Assembly: GCA_047971765.1 (NCBI GenBank)
Contig: JBKDZY010000802.1
Coordinates: forward strand, 1-42,314
DNA length: 42,314 nucleotides
Direction of reading: 5' to 3'
Source of the DNA: Hyphomicrobiaceae bacterium
GTDB taxonomy: Bacteria; Pseudomonadota; Alphaproteobacteria; Rhizobiales; Hyphomicrobiaceae
The notes beneath the pieces are model-generated. The model ran no database searches, had not been told where the DNA came from, and saw nothing but the letters and a program-made list of their open reading frames with translations. Shown in pieces: positions 18,027 to 26,696 of the stretch. Positions within the stretch are counted from its first letter, which is position 1; each line of letters opens with the position of its first letter. Position numbers and translations under genes: made by a program.

Positions 18027-19688
18027 TCAATCCCTGTATTCGTAGATCTTCCTGGCCGCTTCCGGTGTGATGTAACCGTAGGCGATATCCTTTGCGATTG
18101 CGCTCTTGTCCCGCGACCCCGGATCGCCACACCCACCGCCACCGGGCGAGCGGATGATGATCCTCTCACCCGGCGCCACGGCAAACGCGTCCTTGCCGCC
18201 CGGTCGATTGCCCGAGGTCAGGAGCAACTCACCGGCGGCGCCATTCCGGCCACCGGCAACGCCTTTGGCTGGGTTGTCTATCCGCTCATAACCGGCGAAG
18301 AAATCGAACGGCTCGGGAATACCATTCTCGATCTCGATCCATTGCCCGAGCCCGCCGCGATATTGCCCTGCGCCGCCGGAATCGGGTCTCAGTTCCTTCC
18401 GCCAGACGACCAGCGTCGACATCTGTTCGAAAATCTCGACGGGTCCGCCCCGCACGCCGGATGGGAAACCGGTCGCGGACATGCCGTCCCTGAACGGCAA
18501 CGCCCCCATGCCGCCGGTGGTCATGACCTGCACGCGATAGCGGTTCCAGATCCTGGCCGGGCTATCCCAGGGCCCCATCGCATTGATCCCCCAGAGCGCG
18601 CATGTATTTTCTGCGGGAATGCGATCGGGAATGGCCTGCCGCAGGCAATTGAAGACCAGGTCCGGCAGCATCAACCCCATCTGGGAGCGGGCGAAAACGG
18701 CTGCCGGCTTCAACGCATTCAAGATGCATCCTTCAGGCGCGGAAACGGTCCGCGGCGCAAGGCTGCCGGCGTTGTTCGGCACCTCGCCGTACAACGCCAC
18801 GCCAAGCGCGTAGGATGTGTAGGCCAGGGTGTAGCAGTAGGGAACGTTGAAATTCCGCTTCGTCATCGGAGCGGAGCCGGCATAGTCGACGTGAATGCCT
18901 TCGTCCGAAATCGTCAGAGCCGCCTTGAGATCAATGGGCTCGTCGCGGCCATCCAACCTCAATGTCCCGTGCCAGGTCCCCCTTGGCAGTGCCCGCGTCG
19001 TCTCGAGCACCGCCTCGCGCGAGGTTTCGATGACGTGGTCGGCAAGCTCGACCAGATCGGTCAGCCCGAACTCGGTCATCATCTCGGTGAGACGCTGGCA
19101 GCCCACCGCATTGCAATTCACAAGCGAATAGACGTCTCCGACCGTCTCGACAGGCTGGCGCGTGTTGGCGCGGATGACGGCCATGATGGTCTCGTTGACC
19201 TTGCCGGCACTGGCCAACTTCAGGATCGGCAGAAGGATGCCCTCCATGAACACATCCGTGGACGAGGAGCGATCGGCAATGCCTCCAATGTCCATCAGAT
19301 GGCTGTTACACGCGAGAAAACCGATCAACCGTCCCTGGTAGAAGCAGGGCGTGGTCAGGGAGATATCGTTGAGGTGGCCCGTGCCCATCCAGGGGTCATT
19401 GTGGATGAAGACGTCACCCTCATTCATGGACTGGGTCGGATACGCGTTGATCACATGGCCTACGGCCAGCGCCATCGAGTTGATATGGCCGGGCGTTCCG
19501 GTCACGGCCTGGGCAAGCATCCTGCCCTGCGCATCGAACACACCTGCCGCGAGATCACCGGATTCCCTCACAATCGTCGAGAACGCCGTCCGCTGGCAGA
19601 CCTGCGCCTGCTCTTCCACGACCGCCAGCAGGCGGTTCCACATCAACTGCTTCTCGATCATGCCGAGTCCGGACGACGTGGCGCTCAT
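18027..19688 (-). CDS. Hydantoinase B / oxoprolinase family protein (HyuB-type subunit), copy 2 (paralog)
   Basis: Same HyuB blocks (HNDPWMGTGHLNDI, GGGGCGDP). ATGA overlap with the hyuA stop (19685-19688). Confidence 0.9.
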   Translation of the reverse strand: MSATSSGLGMIEKQLMWNRLLAVVEEQAQVCQRTAFSTIVRESGDLAAGVFDAQGRMLAQAVTGTPGHINSMALAVGHVINAYPTQSMNEGDVFIHNDPWMGTGHLNDISLTTPCFYQGRLIGFLACNSHLMDIGGIADRSSSTDVFMEGILLPILKLASAGKVNETIMAVIRANTRQPVETVGDVYSLVNCNAVGCQRLTEMMTEFGLTDLVELADHVIETSREAVLETTRALPRGTWHGTLRLDGRDEPIDLKAALTISDEGIHVDYAGSAPMTKRNFNVPYCYTLAYTSYALGVALYGEVPNNAGSLAPRTVSAPEGCILNALKPAAVFARSQMGLMLPDLVFNCLRQAIPDRIPAENTCALWGINAMGPWDSPARIWNRYRVQVMTTGGMGALPFRDGMSATGFPSGVRGGPVEIFEQMSTLVVWRKELRPDSGGAGQYRGGLGQWIEIENGIPEPFDFFAGYERIDNPAKGVAGGRNGAAGELLLTSGNRPGGKDAFAVAPGERIIIRSPGGGGCGDPGSRDKSAIAKDIAYGYITPEAARKIYEYRD

Positions 19689-21787
19689 GAGATGGCGTCC
19701 TTTCTGTCCATGACGATTGATCCCAACCCGTCAATCCAGGCGTCGAACGCGCTCGTCACATAGGTCGTCGTCTCCGCTTCGACGATGGTCGCGGGGCCCG
19801 ACACCTTGTCTCCCGGCGAAAGGTCTTCGCGCGCGTAGCTGATCAAGGGAACGTGGGCCTCGGTCCTGCCGTCGAAGATGATGGCCTGCTTTCCGGCAAT
19901 CGTGCGGCCCGTCAATTTCACGGGAGCCACGACCTCGGGGCGCCCGGGGGCGGTGGAGCAGGATACCGACCACGCCATGACCTCAATGGCGGCCTGGGGG
20001 ATCGACCGGTTGAACATCTCCTCGTAGGCCACTTCATAGGCCTTGCGCATCGTCGCGATGTCGTCGCTGGTCAGTCGCGTCAGGGGCAATGCAACGGGAA
20101 TCTCGTGCCCCTGGCCCACGTACCGCATGAAGGCAACGCGCGTCTCGAGGACCTTGGCCCCATGTGCCGCCGGTTCGACCCAGGACCTGACCTCGGCCGA
20201 CATTTCATCCAACATCGTGGCTGCGCCCGCTGCGTTGAAGTTGTCGAGCGTCATGTAGTTGGACCTGACGCTTTCGTAACTGACTGGGGCCGCAAGAAAA
20301 CCGACTGCGGAGCCGACACCGGCACTTGCGGGAATGATGACCCGCGCCGCGCCGATCTTCTCCGCCACACGGCCGACGTGCAGCGGCGCGGCACCGCCGA
20401 ATGCGATCATCGTGTGGGCGGAGGCAACCACGCCGCGCTCCACGGTATGCGCACGGGCGGCGCTCGCCATGTTTTCACAAACCATCTCGTAAACCGCGTA
20501 CGCGGACATTTCCGGCGTGAGCCCGAGCGTCCCACCAACATGCTCGGCGAGTGCCGCCTTCGACAGGTCGGGGCGGAGGTTCATTGTCCCGCCGGCAAAA
20601 CCTTCCGGATCAATCAGGCCCAATGTGACGTCGGCATCGGTTACGGCGGGTCGTGTCCCGCCAAGGGCGTAGCAGGCCGGCCCCGGCACGGATGAAGCGG
20701 ATTCTGGCCCGACCTTCACGCGCTTCAGGGAGTCGACCTGTGCCAGCGAGCCGCCACCCGCGCCGATCTCGACCATCTCGATGACCGGTATGCGGAGCGG
20801 GAGTCCCGATCCCTTGAGGAAGCGCGCGGCCCTGTCGACCTCGAATACGCGCGAACTCTCGGACTGATAATCCTCGATCAGGGAGATTTTTGCCGTTGTC
20901 CCTCCCATGTCAAAGGCAATGACCTTCTTCTCGCCCAGTTGCGCGGCAACCTGGGCCGCAAAGAGGGCCCCACCTGCCGGACCGGACTCAACCAGGCGCA
21001 CAGGAAACGCGCGCGCGGTTTCGACCGACGTCAATCCGCCACCCGAAGTCATCAACGACAGGACACCCGCAAAACCCATTTCCGCTAGTCGCTTCTGCAT
21101 TCTCGCGAGGTAGCCATCAATGAGAGGCTGCACATAGGCATTGGCCACGGTCGTCGATGTCCGCTCGTACTCGCGGATTTCCGGACAGACCTGGCAGGAC
21201 AGCGAAAGATACAGGCCTGGAATGGCCTCGCGCAGAATTTCGGCCGCGCGCTGCTCGTGCGTCTCATTCATGAAGGAATGAAGGAACGCGATCGCGACAC
21301 TTTCGATGTCCTGCGCCTTGAGATCCTGCGCAATCGCGAGAAGCTGCTGTTCATCCAGCGGCTTCAGCAGTTTCCCTCTGGCATCCATGCGTTCGCGCAC
21401 GGTGTAGCGGAGCGGCCGGGACACCAATGGCGCCGGCTTCTCAAGCGCAAGCTCGTACTGATCGTATCGGCTTTCGGTTCCGATCTCGAGTATGTCGCGA
21501 AACCCATCCGTGCCGATCAACGCGACCTTCGCGCCACGCCGTTCGATGATGGCGTTCGTCGCCAGGGTCGTGCCGTGAATGAAGCTCGCAACATGGGGCA
21601 AGGAGCGATCCGCAAGCTTCAGGATCTTCGATATGCCTTCAAGCACGCCCTCTTCCGGAGCCTTGGGCGTCGTCAAGACCTTTGTCGTCCAACGCTGATC
21701 ACCATCCTCAAGAACGACGTCGGTGAAAGTTCCACCGACATCGGCGGACAAACGCAATGTTGGCTCGATTCCTGTTGCCGCAGTCAC
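19685..21787 (-). CDS. Hydantoinase A / oxoprolinase family protein (HyuA-type, ASKHA ATPase subunit)
   Basis: LSADVGGTFTDVVLED near the N-terminus, DMGGTTAKISLIE, EIGAGGGS. GTG 21787 has AGGA 9 nt upstream and gives a typical short N-terminus. The ORF-track start at 21844 is TTG and is the alternative. Confidence 0.9.
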   Translation of the reverse strand: MTAATGIEPTLRLSADVGGTFTDVVLEDGDQRWTTKVLTTPKAPEEGVLEGISKILKLADRSLPHVASFIHGTTLATNAIIERRGAKVALIGTDGFRDILEIGTESRYDQYELALEKPAPLVSRPLRYTVRERMDARGKLLKPLDEQQLLAIAQDLKAQDIESVAIAFLHSFMNETHEQRAAEILREAIPGLYLSLSCQVCPEIREYERTSTTVANAYVQPLIDGYLARMQKRLAEMGFAGVLSLMTSGGGLTSVETARAFPVRLVESGPAGGALFAAQVAAQLGEKKVIAFDMGGTTAKISLIEDYQSESSRVFEVDRAARFLKGSGLPLRIPVIEMVEIGAGGGSLAQVDSLKRVKVGPESASSVPGPACYALGGTRPAVTDADVTLGLIDPEGFAGGTMNLRPDLSKAALAEHVGGTLGLTPEMSAYAVYEMVCENMASAARAHTVERGVVASAHTMIAFGGAAPLHVGRVAEKIGAARVIIPASAGVGSAVGFLAAPVSYESVRSNYMTLDNFNAAGAATMLDEMSAEVRSWVEPAAHGAKVLETRVAFMRYVGQGHEIPVALPLTRLTSDDIATMRKAYEVAYEEMFNRSIPQAAIEVMAWSVSCSTAPGRPEVVAPVKLTGRTIAGKQAIIFDGRTEAHVPLISYAREDLSPGDKVSGPATIVEAETTTYVTSAFDAWIDGLGSIVMDRKDAIS

Positions 21788-21868
21788 TGACCTGTATCCT
21801 GTCTTGAGAAAATGGCTCGATGAAATGTCATTCGCTTCCAGCAATCGAGTGCGCGTCGATCAAGGGAT

Positions 21869-21904
21869 TTTTGCGTGACATCGCGTCATTGGTATCACGC
21901 AAAA
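21869..21904. promoter_or_regulatory. Perfect 10-bp inverted repeat (candidate operator) in the hyuA / permease divergent control region, followed by a T9 run
   Basis: TTTTGCGTGA (21869-21878), 16-nt spacer, TCACGCAAAA (21895-21904). The spacer holds a third GCGTCA half-site-like copy and TGAC-N5-GTCA. T9 at 21905-21913. Confidence 0.4.
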
Positions 21905-22325
21905 TTTTTTTTTCGCAAACATATTCGAACACCAATACAGTTCACGAATGAGGGATTTCCGAGCATGAATGAATGCTTCTTGGGCGAAAGCCGAGCTTGA
22001 TCATTTCTTCCGGCCGATGCTACCTTCGCTCTGTTGCGTTGTGCTGAATTGACAATTCTTCAACACTGCGCGCGCGGCTGACACGTCGCGATGACGAGAG
22101 CAAAACTTTTTCAAATCGAGGCATTGATGACGGTTGACCCAGGGGGATGCGATTGATGATCCGGACAGTTTCCCGCCGTCATCGTATTGGTTCCGGGTTG
22201 CCATGCTTGCCGATCGCGCGCACCGACCTGGTCCGCCGCGGGGACCTAGGGCCGTATCTCCCCTCACCCCGAACGGCCCCGCCTCACGCATCTGTTGTTT
22301 CTTCCCGATCAAGGACGCCCACCCG

Positions 22326-23297
22326 ATGAGCGTGCTCCGCATCGTTCGCCGTACACTTCTGCATGCGATCCCCACGATGCTCGGCATCGTGATCATTGCG
22401 TTCTTCCTGCTGCATCTCATGCCGGGCGACGCCGTCGACGCGATTGCCGGCATGTCGGGCTCGGCCGACCAGGCGACACTCCAGCAGATGCGTGAAGCAT
22501 ACGGATTGAATGACAGTCTCCTCGTCCAGTTCGCGCGCTATCTCTACGGCGTCGTCACGCTCAACTTCGGCGTCTCGATCAACTATTCAGCGCCCGTCCT
22601 GGATGTCGTCGCCGAACGACTGCCCGCAACGATAACCCTGATGTTCTGCGCATTCGGTCTTGCGCTATCCAGCGGCATCCTCATCGGCTGGGTCATGGCC
22701 GTTTTTGCGGGACGGTGGCCCGACCGGCTGCTGACGTCGGGCACGCTGCTGCTCTATTCAGCGCCCAACTTCTGGGTCGGGCTCATGATCATCGTGCTGT
22801 TTTCCGCGCAACTTCACTGGTTTCCGGCAGGCGGGAACGAGACCATTGGCGCTTCCCTGGAGGGATGGGATTGGTTCGTGGATCGTGTCCGGCACCTTGT
22901 CCTGCCGTCGTGTGCGCTGGCTGCTTTTTTTGTCGCCATCTACGCCCGCCTGACGCGCGCTGCAATGCTGGAGGTCCTGCGGCAGGACTACATCCGGACG
23001 GCGACCGCGAAAGGTCTGCATCCCGTGGTGATCCAGTTCCGGCACGGTCTGCGCAATGCCCTGGTCCCGGTGACCACGGTCGCGGGCCTGCATCTCGGCA
23101 ACCTTCTCGGCGGCGCGGTCGTCGTGGAAACCGTCTTCAACTGGCCGGGCCTGGGGCGTCTGACGATGAACGCGTTGGCTGCACGCGATACCCAGGTGCT
23201 TCTCGGCATCCTGATCCTCTCTTCTGTTGCCGTGATCGTTGCCAATATCCTCATGGACTGGTTGGCCACCTGGCTCGACCCTCGCATCAGGCGCTGA
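22326..23297 (+). CDS. ABC transporter permease (DppB/OppB-like)
   Basis: MSVLRIVRRTLLHAIPTMLGIVIIAFFLLHLMPGD is the typical N-terminus. EAA-like loop YIRTATAKGLHPVVIQFRHGLRNAL. ATG 22326 is internal to ORF 22134..23297. Confidence 0.9.
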   Translation: MSVLRIVRRTLLHAIPTMLGIVIIAFFLLHLMPGDAVDAIAGMSGSADQATLQQMREAYGLNDSLLVQFARYLYGVVTLNFGVSINYSAPVLDVVAERLPATITLMFCAFGLALSSGILIGWVMAVFAGRWPDRLLTSGTLLLYSAPNFWVGLMIIVLFSAQLHWFPAGGNETIGASLEGWDWFVDRVRHLVLPSCALAAFFVAIYARLTRAAMLEVLRQDYIRTATAKGLHPVVIQFRHGLRNALVPVTTVAGLHLGNLLGGAVVVETVFNWPGLGRLTMNALAARDTQVLLGILILSSVAVIVANILMDWLATWLDPRIRR

Positions 23298-23306
23298 GAG
23301 CAAGCC

Positions 23307-24182
23307 ATGACAGACCTTTCTGCCGGCCAACTCGCCCGGACACGACGGCGACTGATGATTCCCAGATCCCTGCGGGATCCGCTGTTCGTCCTCTCGATCT
23401 TCGTACTTGTCCTCGTTTTCGCGATGGCGATCCTTGCCGATGTCATCGCACCGGTCGATCCTCTCGACATGGTCAACACCCCGTTGCTGTGGCCGTTCCA
23501 GGACCCGGCCTCGCCGCTCGGAACAGACCAACTAGGGCGTGACCTGTTCTCGGGCATCGTTCACGGCAGCCGGGCCACCCTCATGGTCGGCTTTTCGTCC
23601 GCATTCCTGGGCTTCTTCATCGGGACGGCCATTGGCTCGATTTCCGGTTATTTCGGTGGGCTGACCGATACGCTCCTGATGCGCATCACCGAGATTTTCC
23701 AGACCATGCCGACGCTCCTGCTGATCATTGTCATCCTTGCCATCGGCGACCCGTCCATCCCGCTGATCGCCATATCCATCGGCCTGGCGGCGTGGCCGAT
23801 GATTGCGCGGTTGGCCCGCGCAGAGTTCAGGTCGTTGAGGGAAGCGGATTTTGTCATGGCCTCGAAAGGGCTGGGCTACCCGACACCCCGCATCATTGTC
23901 CGCGAGATCCTGCCCAATGCGCTTCCCTCGCTCATCGTCGGGGCCTCGGTCCTGGTTGCGAACGGCATTCTCCTGGAAAGCGCGGTCTCATTCCTGAGCC
24001 TTGGAGACCCGAATGTCGTGAGCTGGGGCAGCCTCATCGGCAACGGCCGAACCCAGATCCGATCCGAATGGTATCTATCGGCGCTTCCCGGATTGGCCAC
24101 TGTCCTGACAGTGCTGTCTCTCAACATCCTGGGCGACCGGTTGACCGACATCCTCAACCCCCGATCAGGCATAGACGCATGA
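23307..24182 (+). CDS. ABC transporter permease (DppC/OppC-like)
   Basis: PLGTDQLGRDLFSGIVHGSR, with the binding-protein-dependent transport signature FVMASKGLGYPTPRIIVREILPNA. Confidence 0.9.
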   Translation: MTDLSAGQLARTRRRLMIPRSLRDPLFVLSIFVLVLVFAMAILADVIAPVDPLDMVNTPLLWPFQDPASPLGTDQLGRDLFSGIVHGSRATLMVGFSSAFLGFFIGTAIGSISGYFGGLTDTLLMRITEIFQTMPTLLLIIVILAIGDPSIPLIAISIGLAAWPMIARLARAEFRSLREADFVMASKGLGYPTPRIIVREILPNALPSLIVGASVLVANGILLESAVSFLSLGDPNVVSWGSLIGNGRTQIRSEWYLSALPGLATVLTVLSLNILGDRLTDILNPRSGIDA

Positions 24183-25153
24183 GGAAGCCTCCTCCAGTGC
24201 TCGAGCTGGTCGATCTGAAGATCGGCTTTCCCGGAGCCCAGATCATCAAGGGGATCAATCTCGAGATCGAGCAGGGCGAGAAACTGGCGCTCGTCGGCGA
24301 ATCGGGATGTGGAAAGTCGCTGACGGCCTTTTCCATCCTTCGGCTGCTCCCTCCGGGCGCGACGATCAACGGTGGGCAGGTGATGTTCGACGGACAGGAC
24401 CTTTCCACCATCTCCGCCCGGGAACTGAGGCGTATCCGCGGCAAGGGCATTGCGCTCATCCTGCAGGAGCCCATGACCTCTTTGAACCCCGTGATGCCGA
24501 TCGGGCGGCAGGTCGCGGAGAACATTCGCCAGCACGAATCCATTTCGCGGCGGGCGGCCAGGGAGCGGGTGATCGAACTTCTCGACATGGTCGGCATTGT
24601 CAATCCGCGCGAACGCTACGACATGTTCCCGCACAACTTTTCCGGCGGCATGCGGCAGCGCGTGATGATTGCCATGGCCATCTCGTGCAATCCACGGCTC
24701 CTGATTGCCGACGAGCCCACGACCGCATTGGATGTCACAATCCAGGCACAGGTGATGGATCTGCTGGACGAGTTGTGCTCGAAACTGTCGATGGCAATGC
24801 TGCTCATCACGCATGATCTTGGCGCGGTCGCCCAATGGGCGGATCGTGTTGCGGTGATGTACTATGGAAGCATTGTCGAGGAGGCCATGATCGGCCCGTT
24901 TTTCGAGTCTCCCCAGCATCCCTATTCGCAGGGACTGATGAATTCTTCTGTCGGCGAGGAATGGCACTACAGCAGTCATCGGCTGAAAGAGATCGTCGGT
25001 TCAGTTCATTCTGCCATTGACGAAACCGGCTGCTCGTTTGCTCCCCGCTGCCCGCTGGCGGACGCCACCTGCCGCCAGGCAATGCCGAAACTCGAGCCGG
25101 CCGGGCAAGACAGGATGATCGCCTGCTATCACCGCAGCAAGACGTCAAGTTGA
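24179..25153 (+). CDS. ABC transporter ATP-binding protein (DppD/OppD-like)
   Basis: Walker A GESGCGKS, signature FSGGMRQRV, Walker B LLIADEPTTALD, and the oligopeptide C-terminal region (HPYSQGLMNS). ATGA overlap with the permease stop. Confidence 0.9.
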   Translation: MRKPPPVLELVDLKIGFPGAQIIKGINLEIEQGEKLALVGESGCGKSLTAFSILRLLPPGATINGGQVMFDGQDLSTISARELRRIRGKGIALILQEPMTSLNPVMPIGRQVAENIRQHESISRRAARERVIELLDMVGIVNPRERYDMFPHNFSGGMRQRVMIAMAISCNPRLLIADEPTTALDVTIQAQVMDLLDELCSKLSMAMLLITHDLGAVAQWADRVAVMYYGSIVEEAMIGPFFESPQHPYSQGLMNSSVGEEWHYSSHRLKEIVGSVHSAIDETGCSFAPRCPLADATCRQAMPKLEPAGQDRMIACYHRSKTSS

Positions 25154-25167
25154 AACCGGGGCGGCGC

Positions 25168-26106
25168 ATGACAATTCTGGAAGTGAAGAATCTCAGGACT
25201 GGCTACCGCACCAAAGGCAAGACCTTCTATGCCGTCGACGATGTCTCATTCGAGATCGGCGCCAACGAGACGGTCGGCCTGGTTGGCGAATCCGGTTGCG
25301 GCAAGTCCACGCTCGGCAAGACCGTCGCGCGCCTCATCGATCCAAGCGATGGCGAGATCTGGCTGGATGGGCAGGAAATCGCGTCGCTGCCTGAAAAGCA
25401 GATGCGGCCGCTGCGGAGGAAGATCCAGATGGTGTTCCAGGATCCCTATGCCTCCCTCAATCCCCGCCAGTCGGTCCGACGTATCCTGGAAACACCACTC
25501 AAGGTGCGTGGCATGTCTGATGCCGGAGAGCGCAAGCGGATCATCCACGAGATGGCCGAAACGATTGGCTTCCCTCCCGAGGCACTGGACCGGTATCCCC
25601 ATGAATTCTCGGGTGGACAACGCCAGCGGATCGGGATTGCCCGCGCGCTGATCCTCAAGCCCGATCTCGTCATATGCGACGAGCCTGTCTCGGCGCTCGA
25701 TCTCTCGATCCAGGCACAAATCATCAATCTGCTGGGCGACCTGAAGCGCAAGCTCGGCATCGCGTTCCTGTTCATCTCGCATGACCTGTCCGTTGTTCGC
25801 TACTTTTCGGACAGGATCCTGGTCATGTATCTCGGCAAAATCGTCGAAGCGGCGGACTACACCTCGTTGTGGCGCAATCCTCGCCATCCCTACACGCGGG
25901 CGCTCCTTGGCGCGGTGCCATCGATGGATCCCGCCAAGAAGATCGCCAACAAGATTTCGGGCGAGATTGCCAGCGGATCGACGGACCTCGGGCAGGGTTG
26001 CCGGTTCCGCACGCGCTGCCCAATTGCCCAGGAACGTTGTGCCGCTGAAACACCTGTCCTGCGGAAACTTGGCGATGGAAATTCGGTTGCCTGCCACTTC
26101 ATTTGA
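25168..26106 (+). CDS. ABC transporter ATP-binding protein (DppF/OppF-like)
   Basis: Walker A GESGCGKST, signature FSGGQRQRIGIARAL, Walker B LVICDEPVSALD. ATG 25168; the alternative TTG 25150 overlaps the upstream stop. Confidence 0.9.
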   Translation: MTILEVKNLRTGYRTKGKTFYAVDDVSFEIGANETVGLVGESGCGKSTLGKTVARLIDPSDGEIWLDGQEIASLPEKQMRPLRRKIQMVFQDPYASLNPRQSVRRILETPLKVRGMSDAGERKRIIHEMAETIGFPPEALDRYPHEFSGGQRQRIGIARALILKPDLVICDEPVSALDLSIQAQIINLLGDLKRKLGIAFLFISHDLSVVRYFSDRILVMYLGKIVEAADYTSLWRNPRHPYTRALLGAVPSMDPAKKIANKISGEIASGSTDLGQGCRFRTRCPIAQERCAAETPVLRKLGDGNSVACHFI

Positions 26107-26195
26107 AGCCGGCCATCCAGGAGTCAACGCCAAGGGCTGCATGGTGGGCTTTCCTGTGACCGGGTCCGCCGGCACACCATGCGCACCTGACAGGA

Positions 26196-26696
26196 TCAGT
26201 CGCGATCGTCAACCTGGTCGTCGCCCGGCTGGCGGGGGGCCAGTGGCGTGAACAAGGCCCGGTCGGGCTTCAGATCAAGCAGTGGTGTGCCATCAAGGCA
26301 GTCCAGGCCGCGCACCAGAACGTTTGAGCCCTCGACCGCAACGAGCTTCACGATATGTGTGCCGATCGGATTGGGGCGCACAGGCGTCCTGAGGCTGAAT
26401 GCGCCTCGTGCGATGCCATCGCTGCGCGGGCTTTGCCGGACGATGTCACGCCGCGATTCGTGCAGCCAGTAGAGAACCTCGAGCCGCTCATACTCCAGGA
26501 TGCCGTCGATTGCCGCAACCCACGGCTCGAAGATCTCCAGGCGGCAGGTCGGACCATCGAGGCGGCCCTGGCGCGGACAGGTCATCCGGTCGGTCCAGGG
26601 TGTGTGAATACGGCCAACGAAAAAGAGAGCTGCGTCGGTCTGCTCCGGAAGCGTGACGCTTGCCTCGCCCTCGCGGATTTCATTTCTTCGCACCAT
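26196..26696 (-). CDS. TsaA/TrmO (YaeB, UPF0066) family SAM-dependent methyltransferase-like protein
   Basis: GRIHTPW..., SLRTPVRPNPIG..., LDCLDGTPLLDLKP are TsaA-like domain motifs. ATG 26696 is preceded by AAGGGGGGAG and overlaps the modC 3' end by 17 nt. Confidence 0.8.
   Translation of the reverse strand: MVRRNEIREGEASVTLPEQTDAALFFVGRIHTPWTDRMTCPRQGRLDGPTCRLEIFEPWVAAIDGILEYERLEVLYWLHESRRDIVRQSPRSDGIARGAFSLRTPVRPNPIGTHIVKLVAVEGSNVLVRGLDCLDGTPLLDLKPDRALFTPLAPRQPGDDQVDDRD

Noticed and set aside
16355-19688. The tandem hyuB genes as an assembly duplication or very recent duplication
   Set aside because: Even in the most conserved 65-aa block, 27 of 195 nucleotides differ, almost all synonymously, and the C-terminal parts diverge at protein level. 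These are two distinct, old paralogs.
17754-19763. 669-aa plus-strand ORF spanning both hyuB genes
   Set aside because: It is antisense to two ORFs with unmistakable HyuB motifs. Its translation is Arg/Gly/Ala/Pro/His-rich and low in complexity, with no recognisable domain: a typical high-GC shadow frame.
21869-21913. Hairpin plus T9 run read as a rho-independent terminator
   Set aside because: No plus-strand gene ends upstream of it, because hyuA starts here on the minus strand. The 16-nt loop and the A4 between stem and T-run are atypical. It is kept instead as a candidate operator or UP-like element.
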